Notes: a model not told the origin generated them from the sequence alone. A stretch of DNA of 64,000 nt from Nostoc sp. DedSLP01 (GCA_034530875.2 JAVRCJ020000003.1:160001-224000); one strand, 5' to 3'. Shown: positions 18,173-29,464, counted from the first letter of the stretch. Made by a program: numbers and translations.

Positions 18173-20410
18173 ATGCACACAGTTGTTTTCGTTCTGGTTG
18201 AAGTTCTTATTGTTATTGGACTTTCACGGCTAGTAGGGCTAGGATTTCGTTCTATTAAGCAACCGCTAGTAATTGGTGAAATTGTTGCTGGGATTATGCT
18301 TGGGCCATCTTTATTTGGCTTAGTTGCTCCCCATCTAGCAGTTACTCTATTTCCACCAGAAACTATTCCTTTTTTGAATGTTTTGTCTCAGGTGGGACTA
18401 ATATTTTTCATGTTTCTGATTGGACTAGAACTAAATCCAAAATACCTCAGCGGTCAACTAGAAGTGGCAGTTTTAACTTCTCATGTCAGTATTTTGGTGC
18501 CTTTCTCCTTAGGAACATTACTAGCGGTAGTGCTTTATCCCTTGGTTTCCAATGCTAGTGTCTCGTTTACCGCCTTCGCTTTATTTTTAGGGGCGGCGAT
18601 GTCGATTACTGCCTTTCCAGTGTTGGCACGAATCATTACTGAGAGTAACTTACAAGGAACGCGCTTAGGAACATTGGCGTTAACTTGTGCGGCGGTAGAT
18701 GATGTGACAGCTTGGTGTGTATTAGCAGTAGCTATTGCTGTTGCTCGAACTGGTGATTTTGCTGGTGCAGTACCGACAGTTATTGAGAGCATAGCCTACA
18801 TCGGCTTCATGCTGACGGTAGGACGTTGGATACTTCAAGGTCTTGCCAAACATTATCAGCGTGCGGGACGCCTCAGCCAATTGGTGCTAGCTGGGATTTA
18901 TATGGGAGTGGTTGCATCTGCATTAATTACCGAACTGATTGGCATTCACTTAATTTTTGGGGCATTTTTACTGGGAGCAGCAATGCCCAAAAATGAAGAT
19001 TTAGTGCGGGAATTGGCAGTAAAAACCGAAGATTTTGTCTTGATATTCTTGCTGCCGATATTTTTTGCCTACAGTGGTTTGCGGACGCAGATTGGCTTGC
19101 TCAATCGTCCAGAATTATGGCTGTTGTGTGCATTGGTTTTAGCAGTAGCGATCGCAGGTAAATATTTTGGCACTTATATAGCGGCTCGTGTTAGTGGTAT
19201 CAATAAACGCGAAGCCTCGGCACTCGGTTGGTTAATGAATACGCGCGGCTTAACCGAGTTGATAGTACTAAATATCGGTCTCGAGTTAGGAGTAATTTCT
19301 CCCTTAGTATTTACCATGCTGGTGATTATGGCACTGGTAACTACATTTATGACTTCGCCACTGTTGGAATGGACATATCCGAAAAAGCTAATCAGGTTAG
19401 ATGTTGTAGAACCTGAGTTAAAACCAGAAACCAATATCCGTTTAGATACACAAGATAGTACTGTTGAAGATGAAACTTATACTCGTTCCTACCGGATTTT
19501 GGTACCAGTAGCTAATCCGAATACCCAAAAAGGTTTGGTACAGTTGGCAGTAGCCTTGGCGCAGCCAGCCGTAGATATCGCTTTCAACCATCGCCAGTCG
19601 GCTGTTGTGCATCCCCTCAGCTTGATTGAATTTCAAGAAGACTATGCCTTTGAAAGCACTCCTGTGGAAGCAGACCGCTTAATTACCCAACGCCGCCAGC
19701 AGCTAGAAGAATTAATTAATACTCTCGAACCTCCAGAAATACGCTCTTGCGTCCATCCCATCGTTCGCACATCTAGTAATGTTGCACGAGAAACAGCTCA
19801 GATTGCTTTACTAGACCAAGTTGATTTAATTCTCGTAGGATGGCATCGCCCGGCCTTTAGTAGCAACCGCTTAGGAGGGCGAGTTGGTCAAATTCTTACT
19901 ACTGCGCCTGTGGATGTAGCCGTGTTTGTAGACCGGGGAAGCGATCGATTAGAAAGCTTGTTAGTACCTTATTCTGCAAATATCCACGATGACTTAGCAT
20001 TAATACTTGCTTTGAGATTGCTAATTAACCATGAAACTTGTATGTTGCAGGTTTTACACGTTTTACCAGAAAATCACCTCAAGGATGAATTGAGTTACGA
20101 ACTGGGCATGATGATGGAGCAATTACCGAGTAGTGTACGCGATCGCATAGAAATCAAAGTTGTCCAAGCTCTAGATCCCATCCAAGCCGTAGTTGAAGCC
20201 TCAAAAAATGTAGACCTGACAATTGTCGGCACTAGCCGCACTTGGGGTATTGAGCGTCAAACATTAGGAAGATATACAGATCAATTAGCCATACAATGCA
20301 GTTCCTCTCTACTGATTACCCGCCGTTACAGCCAAGTTACTGCTCATCTGGCTTCCGTGCTGCCAAAGATTAGCAATCAACAGTCAACAACTCAAGAGTT
20401 GAGATTATGA
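18173..20410 (+). CDS. Cation:proton antiporter (CPA2) with C-terminal USP-like domains
   Basis: Same CPA2 motifs (TAFPVLARI, AAVDD, LMNTRGL) plus RILVPVANP...DLILVGW. Confidence 0.92.
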   Translation: MHTVVFVLVEVLIVIGLSRLVGLGFRSIKQPLVIGEIVAGIMLGPSLFGLVAPHLAVTLFPPETIPFLNVLSQVGLIFFMFLIGLELNPKYLSGQLEVAVLTSHVSILVPFSLGTLLAVVLYPLVSNASVSFTAFALFLGAAMSITAFPVLARIITESNLQGTRLGTLALTCAAVDDVTAWCVLAVAIAVARTGDFAGAVPTVIESIAYIGFMLTVGRWILQGLAKHYQRAGRLSQLVLAGIYMGVVASALITELIGIHLIFGAFLLGAAMPKNEDLVRELAVKTEDFVLIFLLPIFFAYSGLRTQIGLLNRPELWLLCALVLAVAIAGKYFGTYIAARVSGINKREASALGWLMNTRGLTELIVLNIGLELGVISPLVFTMLVIMALVTTFMTSPLLEWTYPKKLIRLDVVEPELKPETNIRLDTQDSTVEDETYTRSYRILVPVANPNTQKGLVQLAVALAQPAVDIAFNHRQSAVVHPLSLIEFQEDYAFESTPVEADRLITQRRQQLEELINTLEPPEIRSCVHPIVRTSSNVARETAQIALLDQVDLILVGWHRPAFSSNRLGGRVGQILTTAPVDVAVFVDRGSDRLESLLVPYSANIHDDLALILALRLLINHETCMLQVLHVLPENHLKDELSYELGMMMEQLPSSVRDRIEIKVVQALDPIQAVVEASKNVDLTIVGTSRTWGIERQTLGRYTDQLAIQCSSSLLITRRYSQVTAHLASVLPKISNQQSTTQELRL

Positions 20411-20910
20411 GTCATTTCAACTTCAAATCCTTAGCTTTTTACGGAATAGCTATCGCTTCAGTGCTAGTACTGTTTAGAACGGTAACAGTGTATGGAGAAA
20501 ACAATCTCAAAGCTCCTGCTGTAGTTAGCGATCGCTATCGCCTAACCCTAGATGAAAATTTGCCTAACTGCGAAAAACCAGACACCCTGGCATTAAACAT
20601 TGAGCAATCAGGTATCTACTTAAATGCCTCTTTATCACCAGCAAACTCTAACGCTGATTTTAATGAAAAGCATTCTCTCATAGGCATTTTGAAAAATCAA
20701 CAGTTAAATTTATCTGGCAACATTAACAGGTCGATACTTTGCAATATCCCTCAGTCTCAGGAGAACTCTCTTAACTCAGTCACAATTCAAATGCAATTGG
20801 CCGAGAGAGGTAGCGTACCAGGGCAATTAACTGTAAATGGCATTCCACAAACTCTAAAATTCACTGCTGTGCCAGAAAAAGTTTCGGAAAAATCTCAAAA
20901 CAGCCATTAA
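20407..20910 (+). CDS. Hypothetical protein with N-terminal membrane anchor, translationally coupled to the antiporter
   Basis: ATGA overlap with the upstream stop; hydrophobic LAFYGIAIASVLVLF. Confidence 0.75.
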   Translation: MSHFNFKSLAFYGIAIASVLVLFRTVTVYGENNLKAPAVVSDRYRLTLDENLPNCEKPDTLALNIEQSGIYLNASLSPANSNADFNEKHSLIGILKNQQLNLSGNINRSILCNIPQSQENSLNSVTIQMQLAERGSVPGQLTVNGIPQTLKFTAVPEKVSEKSQNSH

Positions 20911-20952
20911 GAAAATCGAAAGAGGACAAGGGGACAAGAAAGCAGGAGGTGT

Positions 20953-21048
20953 GGGAGGTGTGGGAGGATGGGGAAGAAATCTTTCCCCCCTCTCTCCCCA
21001 TACTCCCCACACTTCCCTATCTCCTCTTCTCCTCTGCTCCCCATCTCC
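20953..21048 (+). repeat. ~90-bp dispersed repeat (copy 1)
   Basis: Closely matches the reverse complement of 22136-22222. Confidence 0.8.
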
Positions 21049-21235
21049 TCATCTCGCCACTTTTTAGTAACTTTTTGATACGTTTTAGTCTACGCAACTC
21101 GTTATGCCTACTTAAAACACAAGTAAGTGTATATATTTATAGTGACAACTGAGGAATTAAAACTTAAAAGTATAATTTAATTCTTAGCTTATACTAGAAA
21201 TTCCTCAGAACTTAATATTGAAGGCATAATTCACA

Positions 21236-22135
21236 ATGTCTCAGAGATTAAAGACCGGGCATTGCCACTGGAGCAAAAAGCTACTTAGCTTCAGTGTATT
21301 CAGTTTTTATGCAGCGATCGCGCTTGAAACTTCCACCACTGCTGCTACAGCACTCGCAAAGCTAGATAAATGGAGTTTTTCCCCCAAAACCCAACGACTT
21401 GAAATAACTCTCTCAACAGCTACAACCCCTCGTTATTTTTACCTTGCTCAACCACCTCGTTTAGTTGTAGATTTACCGAATACTAAGTTAGGCCATATTA
21501 CAACTCAGCAAAATTACTCTGGCGCCATCAAAAGTATTCGTATTTCTCAACTCAATGAAAACGCCACACGCATTGTTCTAGATTTAGCACCAGGAACTGT
21601 TTTAAATCCCAAGCAGATACAGCTGCAACCTGTTTCCCGAAAAAACCCCACTCGCTGGGTGCTACGTCCGATTATTTCTGGGAAAAATACTGCCGTCAAG
21701 CCAGCAAATTCAACATCTTCACCCAAAAAACCATCTCAAAAACCGCTTACTAAGCCGCCCCAAAATACTAAATCTCAAGCGACTAGTAATTTACCCGTAC
21801 TTACTCCTATTTCACAACCGTCTAATAATTTACCCGTACTTACTCCTAATTCACAAGCACCCTTACTCACAATTCCACCTATATCGAGTCAGCTACCTTC
21901 AACAACTATTACTAACTCAAGTCAACCTTTTGTAAGTGTACCTCCCCTAACTCCGAATACACCCTCTCAACAACAACCTAGCTTCATTCTTCCCCCTCCT
22001 TCTTTTCCAAATCAACCAAGCACGTCAAATAGCACTCCTACTTTTGGTATATCTGAATTTCCAGTCCCAACAGTTCCCAATGTTCCCGATGCCCAAATCA
22101 TTGAGTTTGGTCAACCCCTTCCTAAAAGTAAGTAG
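21236..22135 (+). CDS. AMIN-domain protein with Pro/Ser-rich tail
   Basis: PPRLVVDLPNT and IRISQLNENATRIVLDL AMIN motifs; C-terminal IIEFGQPLP. Confidence 0.85.
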   Translation: MSQRLKTGHCHWSKKLLSFSVFSFYAAIALETSTTAATALAKLDKWSFSPKTQRLEITLSTATTPRYFYLAQPPRLVVDLPNTKLGHITTQQNYSGAIKSIRISQLNENATRIVLDLAPGTVLNPKQIQLQPVSRKNPTRWVLRPIISGKNTAVKPANSTSSPKKPSQKPLTKPPQNTKSQATSNLPVLTPISQPSNNLPVLTPNSQAPLLTIPPISSQLPSTTITNSSQPFVSVPPLTPNTPSQQQPSFILPPPSFPNQPSTSNSTPTFGISEFPVPTVPNVPDAQIIEFGQPLPKSK

Positions 22136-22222
22136 GGAGATGGGGAGCAGAGGAGACAAGGAAGTGTGGGGAGTGTGGGGACTAGGGGGGAAAGATTTCT
22201 TCCTCATCCTCCCACACCTCCC
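22136..22222 (-). repeat. ~90-bp dispersed repeat (copy 2, inverted)
   Basis: Reverse complement aligns with 20953-21048. Confidence 0.8.
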
Positions 22223-22263
22223 GCTTTGCCCCATGTCCAATGCCCCATGCCCTATTCCCAAAT

Positions 22264-22803
22264 CTAAAATCTATCAGTTTCTTGCGGTGTTCCAACTGCC
22301 CCTGGCGAAGCTGTAAACAAGTTTTGAGCAGCTTCATTCTGATATATACATCTGATATCAGGGTTATCACTGTCCAAATTACCCGTAAAGCCAAAGGTGT
22401 TTAAGCGGTTCTTGCAATCTCTTACCTGATCGGATGTCACCAGCTTACGCTGCTCTAAAATTGCCCAGTTATTTTGTCGGATAACGCATCCAGGACGCAT
22501 ACTTGGCTGAGAAACATAAACATTAAAGGGGTTGAGAGTGACGAACAGCCTAGCGTCCATCACCATAGCACTGGCTCCATACTGCACGCAGATTTCCGGG
22601 TTCGGCGCTTTGGTGTCAATAAATTCACGGGAAGCCACATTTGCTGGAGCCAATGTAGTTGTAGAACTAAAAGCAATGCCAATCCCAATACCCAAAATCA
22701 AGACTCCTCCCATAATTGCTATGGTGAAAAGGTTAAACATGGGGGATTGAAAACCAGAGGGTTTAGAAGTGGTAGCTGACCTACCAGTAGATTTACGTCT
22801 CAT
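22264..22803 (-). CDS. DUF3172-type conserved cyanobacterial membrane protein
   Basis: TM helix followed by NVASREFID..APNPEICVQYGASA. Confidence 0.75.
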   Translation of the reverse strand: MRRKSTGRSATTSKPSGFQSPMFNLFTIAIMGGVLILGIGIGIAFSSTTTLAPANVASREFIDTKAPNPEICVQYGASAMVMDARLFVTLNPFNVYVSQPSMRPGCVIRQNNWAILEQRKLVTSDQVRDCKNRLNTFGFTGNLDSDNPDIRCIYQNEAAQNLFTASPGAVGTPQETDRF

Positions 22804-23408
22804 TGTTGCTTAATCACCTTCACGCAAATTGGGTTGGGAGTAGTCTAAAGTTTTCTCCCTCTTTTTAGTATGCCTAGTCTTGACTGTGATTGTCTGGAAT
22901 TTTTTGTGCAAGATTCTTGTTAAATGACTAAAATAGCAAATTATTTACATGTTTGAATATAATTTTAACCCTAGTTACTGATAGTTTCCATCATCAAAAA
23001 TATCCAACTAATATTTTCTCTTCTTTAATTAATAAATTTCTATTATTTATTAAGCTAATACCCTTAAATTGGTTAATTACAGATTAAAATCATTGAAATT
23101 GCGTTCAAAACCATTGATAATATATAGCTATTATTTACAGATAGTCTCTTTTAAATTGAGAAATAGAACAAAATTAGAAAAATCTTAGATTGTTTAGTAA
23201 AAAATCTCTAATACTAATTGATAGTTCGCAAATTATAATTTGTTAATACTGTTAAATTAATGCACCGTAATCCATGACTTAAAAAATTGCCGAGTTCTGA
23301 ATTTTCAATTCTATTTATAAAGGTAGAAATTTTTGCTAACCCTAGTAATTAATGTATAAAACAATGTAAATTAAACTTGAATACAATTTCAAAACTAACT
23401 AGAAGCAA

Positions 23409-24236
23409 GTGAAATTTCAAACAGGGCTGCTATCAAGCAAGAGGTTCAAAACCTCCCAACTTCAAGTTTTCCTAGCTGATAGTTTAACTATTTTTTGGGG
23501 AGACTGGCTAAAATTACGTGCAAGGCTTGTGCAAGTTGCTGCATCAGGCTTAATATCTCCATTGATATATATTTTAGCTTTTGGCTTAGGTTTGGGTAGT
23601 TCTATCAAACCAGGCTCAGCAATTAGCGGTAACTACGACAACTATTTAGAATTTATATTACCAGGGATGGCGGCGCTGTCATCAATGACGATTAGCTTTG
23701 GTGGAACGACATTTTCCATTTGTGGAGACAGATTATTTAGTAAAACTTTCGAGGAATTGTTGTTAACTCCGATACATCCATTAGCATTGCATATCGGCAG
23801 AATGCTGGCGGGAATAGTGCGGGGTTTGATGACATCTGGTTCGGTGATTTTAGTAGCGATACTCTTGACTGGAAACTGGAATTTTCTCAACCCGCTATTT
23901 CTACTTTTACTTGTCCTGAATTGTGCTGTATTCGCTGGTTTAGGGGTAATTGTGGGATTGAGCGTGCGATCGCTCGAATCAGTCGGACTCTACAACAACT
24001 TTATAATTATCCCCATGTCTTTTTTAGGGGCGACCTTTTTTGACCCTGCTACATTACCAGCAGCCCTAAAAGTTGTAGTTTACCTGTTACCGCTAACTTA
24101 TGCCAGTATGGGACTGCGTGCAGCTGCTAATTTACCCTTGTCAGAGTTTCCTTGGTACAGCATACCGATTTTGTTATTAGTGGCGATCGCTCTTTCTCTG
24201 TGGGGTGGTTATAAATTTGCTCGCCAACAGGATTAG
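23409..24236 (+). CDS. ABC-2 type transporter permease
   Basis: YLEFILPG, FEELLLTPI, PMSFLGATFF and LPLTYA; six hydrophobic helices. Confidence 0.88.
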   Translation: MKFQTGLLSSKRFKTSQLQVFLADSLTIFWGDWLKLRARLVQVAASGLISPLIYILAFGLGLGSSIKPGSAISGNYDNYLEFILPGMAALSSMTISFGGTTFSICGDRLFSKTFEELLLTPIHPLALHIGRMLAGIVRGLMTSGSVILVAILLTGNWNFLNPLFLLLLVLNCAVFAGLGVIVGLSVRSLESVGLYNNFIIIPMSFLGATFFDPATLPAALKVVVYLLPLTYASMGLRAAANLPLSEFPWYSIPILLLVAIALSLWGGYKFARQQD

Positions 24237-24404
24237 AAACTTGATATATAACAATGCTGTTAGGAGTTACAAATAAATCTACTCCCCACTCCCCATTCCC
24301 TACTCCCTCCCTGCACGAGTAGTTTGGAAATCAAATAGGATTCCTATAGATTCACAAAATCGTAGATATGCCAGCAGGATTCCCAATCTCAAATCGAAAA
24401 TACT

Positions 24405-24899
24405 ATGATGCAGATTCGCCAAGCTACCACAACTGACGTGCCCGCAGTTTTACCAATGGTTGCTAAAATCTGTGCTTTGCACGAGTCTTGGGATTCTGCC
24501 AAATATGGTTTTCTAGCCAATCCAGAACAGCGCTATGAAAATTGGTTAACCCGGTTGGCAAATAGTGATGGCTTCGCCAACGCTTCCAGCGTACAAAGTG
24601 TATTTTTGGTAGCCGAAAACCAAGGCCAACTTGTTGGTTTTTTAGTGGCAACAATTGAAAAAGAAATCCCAATTTATCGTTTAAAAGAATTTGCTTTTAT
24701 CCACGACCTTTGGGTTGAACCAGAGTATCGACGAAACGGAATTGCCCGACAAATGGTAATACAAGCTGTAGAACGCTTTGAACAAATGGGCATCAAGCAA
24801 ATTCGGCTAGATACAGCAAATGCAAACGAACCTGCGCGGCGGTTGTTTGCATCTTGCGGTTTTCGGATTAGTACTATTGAAATGTTGAGAGAGTTATAA
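24405..24899 (+). CDS. GNAT N-acetyltransferase
   Basis: LWVEPEYRRNGIA and NEPARRLFASCGF. Confidence 0.9.
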   Translation: MMQIRQATTTDVPAVLPMVAKICALHESWDSAKYGFLANPEQRYENWLTRLANSDGFANASSVQSVFLVAENQGQLVGFLVATIEKEIPIYRLKEFAFIHDLWVEPEYRRNGIARQMVIQAVERFEQMGIKQIRLDTANANEPARRLFASCGFRISTIEMLREL

Positions 24900-24982
24900 A
24901 TTAGGAGTTAGGAATTAAGAGTTAGAAGTGAGGAATTAAAAACTTTTAACTCATAACTCATAACTCCTAACTTTTTTAACTC

Positions 24983-25459
24983 CTAACTAGCTAACAGAGT
25001 CTTTTCTAGAGAAGTCCAACGGAAACTGCGATCGCCACCCCTCTCGATGACTACCCTCACCCGTGGTTCTAGCTTAGGCAAGTTAGCTAAATATTCAATT
25101 TCCTGATCGGAAAGAATATTTCCTTCAATAATCCACAACACCAGCCCTTTTGACTTTGGTGGTAGCTGTTCTAAATGACTGCCCAGAAGTGGTGGCGCGT
25201 AGTATACATAACCTACCGCTGCACCGCTACCAGTACTTTTTTTGCCCAGATGAGGAGGTCTAACTCCGTGAACTCTTGTGAGATACGCAGCTACGTCCCC
25301 CAGTCCTTTAGCAGTAATGTGCAGCATAGTATAGCCAGCTGCACGAAGTCGCCGCTGATACCGACCTTCATAACCTCCTTCCAGAGGTACATATACTCCA
25401 AGAGCGCCAAATTTTTCCAGATCCCGGATTAAAGCGTTGCCAGTGGTAATTAGTGCCAT
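24983..25459 (-). CDS. ndhN: NAD(P)H-quinone oxidoreductase (NDH-1) subunit N
   Basis: GALGVYVPLEGGYEGRYQRRLRAAGY and HGVRPPHLGK; divergent from rplC as usual in cyanobacteria. Confidence 0.93.
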   Translation of the reverse strand: MALITTGNALIRDLEKFGALGVYVPLEGGYEGRYQRRLRAAGYTMLHITAKGLGDVAAYLTRVHGVRPPHLGKKSTGSGAAVGYVYYAPPLLGSHLEQLPPKSKGLVLWIIEGNILSDQEIEYLANLPKLEPRVRVVIERGGDRSFRWTSLEKTLLAS

Positions 25460-25674
25460 AGATTTTCGTCTTATCCCACCTTAGTTATTTCTATTATTTA
25501 CCGTGAACCGTATAGATAGAGCATTTTTTTCAGAATTCGGCATTGGGTATAGGAATGGGGAAAGGGAAAGATTAAATTTATTCCTTTTCCCTTTTCCCTT
25601 TAACCTTTTCCCCTGCTCCCTGCTCCTCCTGCCTCCCCTGCCCAATACCCCATCCCCACTTCAAAAAAAATTAC

Positions 25675-25703
25675 TAGACAATCATAAATAAATGATTTAT
25701 ATT
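25675..25703 (+). promoter_or_regulatory. Putative sigma70 promoter of the ribosomal protein operon
   Basis: TAGACA (25675) - 17 nt - TATATT (25698). Confidence 0.5.
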
Positions 25704-26448
25704 ATTAGATTGTGACCAAACGCGCAAATTAGCTTGCCTTAGTAATGTCATTCTGAAAAGAGTGTTAGCATCAAAGGCTGATTAGTCAATTTAAAGATGA
25801 TAATCTAACGAAAGATTGTTCATAGACTGGTAAACTAAGAAAGCTTTTAGGTTAACATTGGAGCTTGTGAAGGAAGAAGCAAAGCCAATCCTCAGCTTCA
25901 GACTAAATTGACTCCTGCGCCTCTCATAAAAAGGCAAAACCTTAAACAGTTAGTTTAAGTTGTTTAGGAAAGTAAAAACTGAGCGGCAATGCTGGTTTAT
26001 TAGCATTACCTCAGTCTCAGTTAACGGATACTGGGTGGTAAAAGCCGCTTAAGTCCAACTGCAACAAGGCAGTCGCCAACCTCAGGGAAGCCGTCCTTTG
26101 GGCAGATACAAATCGAAAACCCAGCGGCAACGCTGCCTGCAAAAAGTGCCACAGCAATTGCTTGGACAAAAGCATTGCTGCACACAGCTTAAAGCTGTAG
26201 CGCCTTGCATTGATTCCAGAAGTTACTCCTTCCCAAGGGGAAGAGACTTGTGGCTGTTCTGGCGGTCTAGTCAGTGAAACTAAACAGATTCGCTAAGCAG
26301 TACGGACACGGTTTGTTGTGTCCCAAAGTATTTGGAAGGGTTGAAACCGTTCCAAATTTCCCAGGCTGTAGCCTAAACTGACGCGTACAAAGCGTGTCCT
26401 CTAGAGTCGGATTCCAAGGTCAGCAAGTAGAAAGGAGAACCAGTAACT

Positions 26449-27084
26449 GTGTCTGTAGGTATTCTCGGCACCAAGCTGGGCATGACCCAAATATTTGACG
26501 AGGCAGGAGTAGCCATTCCTGTCACCGTTATCCAAGCAGGGCCATGCACTGTTACACAAGTTAAAACAAAACAAACCGATGGTTACGCCGCCATTCAAGT
26601 TGGTTATGGCGAAGTTAAACCAAAGGCACTAAACAAACCATTGTTGGGCCACTTGGCTAAATCATCTGCTCCAGCAGTGCGTCATTTAAATGAGTATCAC
26701 ACTGATGGCTCTAACGATTATGCTTTAGGTCAACAGATTAAAGCAGATATTTTTAGTGCAGGTCAAATAGTAGATGTAATCGGTACAAGTATCGGTCGCG
26801 GCTTTGCAGGTAACCAAAAGCGTAACAACTTTGGTCGGGGGCCGATGTCACACGGTTCTAAAAACCATAGAGCGCCTGGTTCCATTGGTGCTGGTACTAC
26901 GCCCGGTCGTGTCTATCCAGGTAAGCGAATGGCAGGACGCTTAGGCGGTAGCCGCGTCACAATTCGCAAGCTGACTGTAGTGCAAGTAGACGCAGAACGC
27001 AACTTATTGCTAATTAAAGGAGCCATTCCTGGTAAACCAGGCGCTTTAGTAAATGTTGTACCTGCCAAGCGAGTTGGTAAGTAG
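26449..27084 (+). CDS. rplC: 50S ribosomal protein L3
   Basis: [28 protein letters not shown]. Confidence 0.98.
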   Translation: MSVGILGTKLGMTQIFDEAGVAIPVTVIQAGPCTVTQVKTKQTDGYAAIQVGYGEVKPKALNKPLLGHLAKSSAPAVRHLNEYHTDGSNDYALGQQIKADIFSAGQIVDVIGTSIGRGFAGNQKRNNFGRGPMSHGSKNHRAPGSIGAGTTPGRVYPGKRMAGRLGGSRVTIRKLTVVQVDAERNLLLIKGAIPGKPGALVNVVPAKRVGK

Positions 27085-27115
27085 TCACTAGCCAATAGTC
27101 AAAGGTCAACACTTG

Positions 27116-27170
27116 GACTAATGACTAATGACTAACGACTAATGACTAATGACTAATGACTAAGGACTAA
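27116..27170. repeat. STRR heptamer run (GACTAAT)n
   Basis: Tandem 7-mers between rplC and rplD; similar runs, often as inverted pairs, near 29462-29555, 30752-30833, 33649-33679, 34613-34701, 35250-35336, 41324-41400 and 60918-61010. Confidence 0.9.
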
Positions 27171-27172
27171 AA

Positions 27173-27805
27173 ATGGTTGAAAGTGTAGTTAAAAATTGGC
27201 AAGGAGAACAAGTCGGCCAGACGAGCTTTGAGTTGCGAGTTGCCAAAGAGGAAACAGCGTCTCATATTGTACACCGTGCTTTAGTACGGCAAACGACCAA
27301 CGCTCGTCAAGGAACTGCCAGTACCAAGACTCGTTCGGAAGTCCGAGGTGGCGGACGCAAACCTTGGCGGCAAAAAGGTACTGGTCGCGCTCGTGCTGGG
27401 TCGATTCGTTCCCCCCTATGGCGTGGTGGTGGTGTGATCTTTGGGCCTAAGCCCAGAGACTTCAACCTGAAAATGAACCGCAAAGAGCGCCGTTTAGCAC
27501 TGCGGACGGCATTCATCGGTCGCATTGACGATTTAATCGTGGTTGAAGAATTTAGCGAACAGCTATCGCGTCCCAAAACCAAAGATTTGGTAGCAGCATT
27601 AGCTCGTTGGGGAGCAGCACCAGAAACTAAGACATTATTAATATTGTCTGAGTTTCCGGAAAACGTTTATTTGTCAGCCCGCAATATCGAGAATTTAAAG
27701 CTAATTGCAGCTGACCAGTTAAATGTTTACGATTTACTGCACGCTGACAAGATTGTGCTGACAACATCAGCCCTAGAAAAAATTCAGGAGGTCTACGGTG
27801 CCTAG
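27173..27805 (+). CDS. rplD: 50S ribosomal protein L4
   Basis: [30 protein letters not shown]. Confidence 0.98.
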   Translation: MVESVVKNWQGEQVGQTSFELRVAKEETASHIVHRALVRQTTNARQGTASTKTRSEVRGGGRKPWRQKGTGRARAGSIRSPLWRGGGVIFGPKPRDFNLKMNRKERRLALRTAFIGRIDDLIVVEEFSEQLSRPKTKDLVAALARWGAAPETKTLLILSEFPENVYLSARNIENLKLIAADQLNVYDLLHADKIVLTTSALEKIQEVYGA

Positions 27806-28112
27806 CTTTGACCCCCGTTACCTTGCCGATTTAGTGCGTCGCCCAATTGTCACCGAGAAAGCGACTATTCTAATGGAGCAGAATAAATACACCTTTGAAG
27901 TAACTCCAAAAGCGTCTAAGCCAGAAATTAAGGCTGCGATCGAAGACTTATTTCAAGTAAAGGTTGTAAAAGTTAATACCGCAGTACCACCACGTAAAAA
28001 ACGTCGTGTTGGTAAATTTGTTGGTTTTAAGCCCCTATATAAGCGAGCCATTGTTACCGTCGCACCCGGGGATGTAGAGAAGATTAGACAAGTTCTATTC
28101 CCAGATGTCTAA
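27798..28112 (+). CDS. rplW: 50S ribosomal protein L23
   Basis: [19 protein letters not shown] and KRAIVT; operon position. Confidence 0.97.
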   Translation: MPSFDPRYLADLVRRPIVTEKATILMEQNKYTFEVTPKASKPEIKAAIEDLFQVKVVKVNTAVPPRKKRRVGKFVGFKPLYKRAIVTVAPGDVEKIRQVLFPDV

Positions 28113-28229
28113 AAAAGTTACGAGTTAAGAGTTGCGAGTTACTAGACTCAAAACTCAGCACTCAAAACCAAAAAATCAGCACGCGGCTCAATGCCCTGCT
28201 TCTGCTAACAAGACTCAGCACTTAAAAAT

Positions 28230-29093
28230 ATGGGTACTCGTTCTTATCGCCCTTATACCCCCAGCACTCGCCAGGTTACGATTTCTGACTTTTCAGAAAT
28301 CACCAAAACCGAGCCAGAAAAATCTTTAACCACATACGTACATCGCGCCAAAGGTCGCAATAATCAAGGGCGGATAACCAGTCGTCGCCGTGGTGGGGGA
28401 CACAAACGGCTTTACCGGATTATTGATTTTAAAAGAGATAAACGGAATATTTCCGCGCAAGTCACAGCAATTGAATACGATCCTAACCGTAATGCCCGGA
28501 TTGCACTGTTGCAATACGAAGACGGCGAAAAGCGCTATATTCTTCAGCCGAACGGCTTGAAAGTCGGGACAACAATTATTGCTGGCCCTGAGGCTCCTTT
28601 TGAAAATGGAAATGCCCTACCGCTATCCAATATTCCTTTAGGTACTAGCGTTCACAACGTAGAACTGACTCCCGGTAAAGGCGGTCAAATTGTACGTGCG
28701 GCTGGTGCTAGCGCCCAAGTAGTAGCAAAAGAAGGTAATTACGTAACTCTCAAGTTACCTTCAGGAGAAGTCCGGTTAATTCGGCGTGAATGCTACGCCA
28801 CCATCGGACAAGTAGGCAACACCGACGCGAGAAACTTGAGTGCGGGTAAAGCAGGACGAAATCGCTGGAAAGGCCGTCGTCCTAAGGTCAGAGGTAGCGT
28901 CATGAACCCAGTGGATCACCCACATGGAGGTGGTGAAGGTAGAGCGCCTATCGGTAGATCCGGCCCTGTCACACCTTGGGGTAAACCGACTTTGGGTGCT
29001 AAGACACGCAATCCTAAGAAACTCAGCAGTAAATACATTGTGCGTCGTCGCCGTAAGTCTTCTAAACGCGGTCGCGGTGGTCGTGAATCTTAA
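28230..29093 (+). CDS. rplB: 50S ribosomal protein L2
   Basis: [25 protein letters not shown]. Confidence 0.99.
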   Translation: MGTRSYRPYTPSTRQVTISDFSEITKTEPEKSLTTYVHRAKGRNNQGRITSRRRGGGHKRLYRIIDFKRDKRNISAQVTAIEYDPNRNARIALLQYEDGEKRYILQPNGLKVGTTIIAGPEAPFENGNALPLSNIPLGTSVHNVELTPGKGGQIVRAAGASAQVVAKEGNYVTLKLPSGEVRLIRRECYATIGQVGNTDARNLSAGKAGRNRWKGRRPKVRGSVMNPVDHPHGGGEGRAPIGRSGPVTPWGKPTLGAKTRNPKKLSSKYIVRRRRKSSKRGRGGRES

Positions 29094-29185
29094 AAAGTTA
29101 GGAGTTATGAGTTATGAGTAAAACCTCATTCCTAACTACTAACTCCTCACTCCTCACTCCTTACTACTAAATCCAAAATTGAACT

Positions 29186-29464
29186 ATGGGTCGTTCTCTT
29201 AAAAAAGGTCCATTTGTTGCGGATCATCTCCTTAAGAAAGTTGAAAAGCTCAACGAGACTAACAGAAAAGAAGTTATTAAAACTTGGTCAAGAGCTTCGA
29301 CAATTTTGCCTCTAATGGTTGGTCATACCATAGCTGTTCATAACGGACGCCAACACGTTCCAGTTTTTGTAAATGAACAAATGGTAGGACACAAGTTGGG
29401 TGAATTCGCCCCAACACGTACTTACAGGGGTCATGGCAAAAGTGATAAAAAATCGGGTAGGTAG
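29186..29464 (+). CDS. rpsS: 30S ribosomal protein S19
   Basis: [19 protein letters not shown]. Confidence 0.99.
   Translation: MGRSLKKGPFVADHLLKKVEKLNETNRKEVIKTWSRASTILPLMVGHTIAVHNGRQHVPVFVNEQMVGHKLGEFAPTRTYRGHGKSDKKSGR

Noticed and set aside
21785..21862. 39-bp in-frame duplication in the AMIN gene tail
   Set aside because: Ordinary slippage in a Pro/Ser-rich disordered region.
23409..24236. ABC permease without an adjacent ATPase gene
   Set aside because: Dispersed ABC components are common in cyanobacteria, so this carries no signal by itself.
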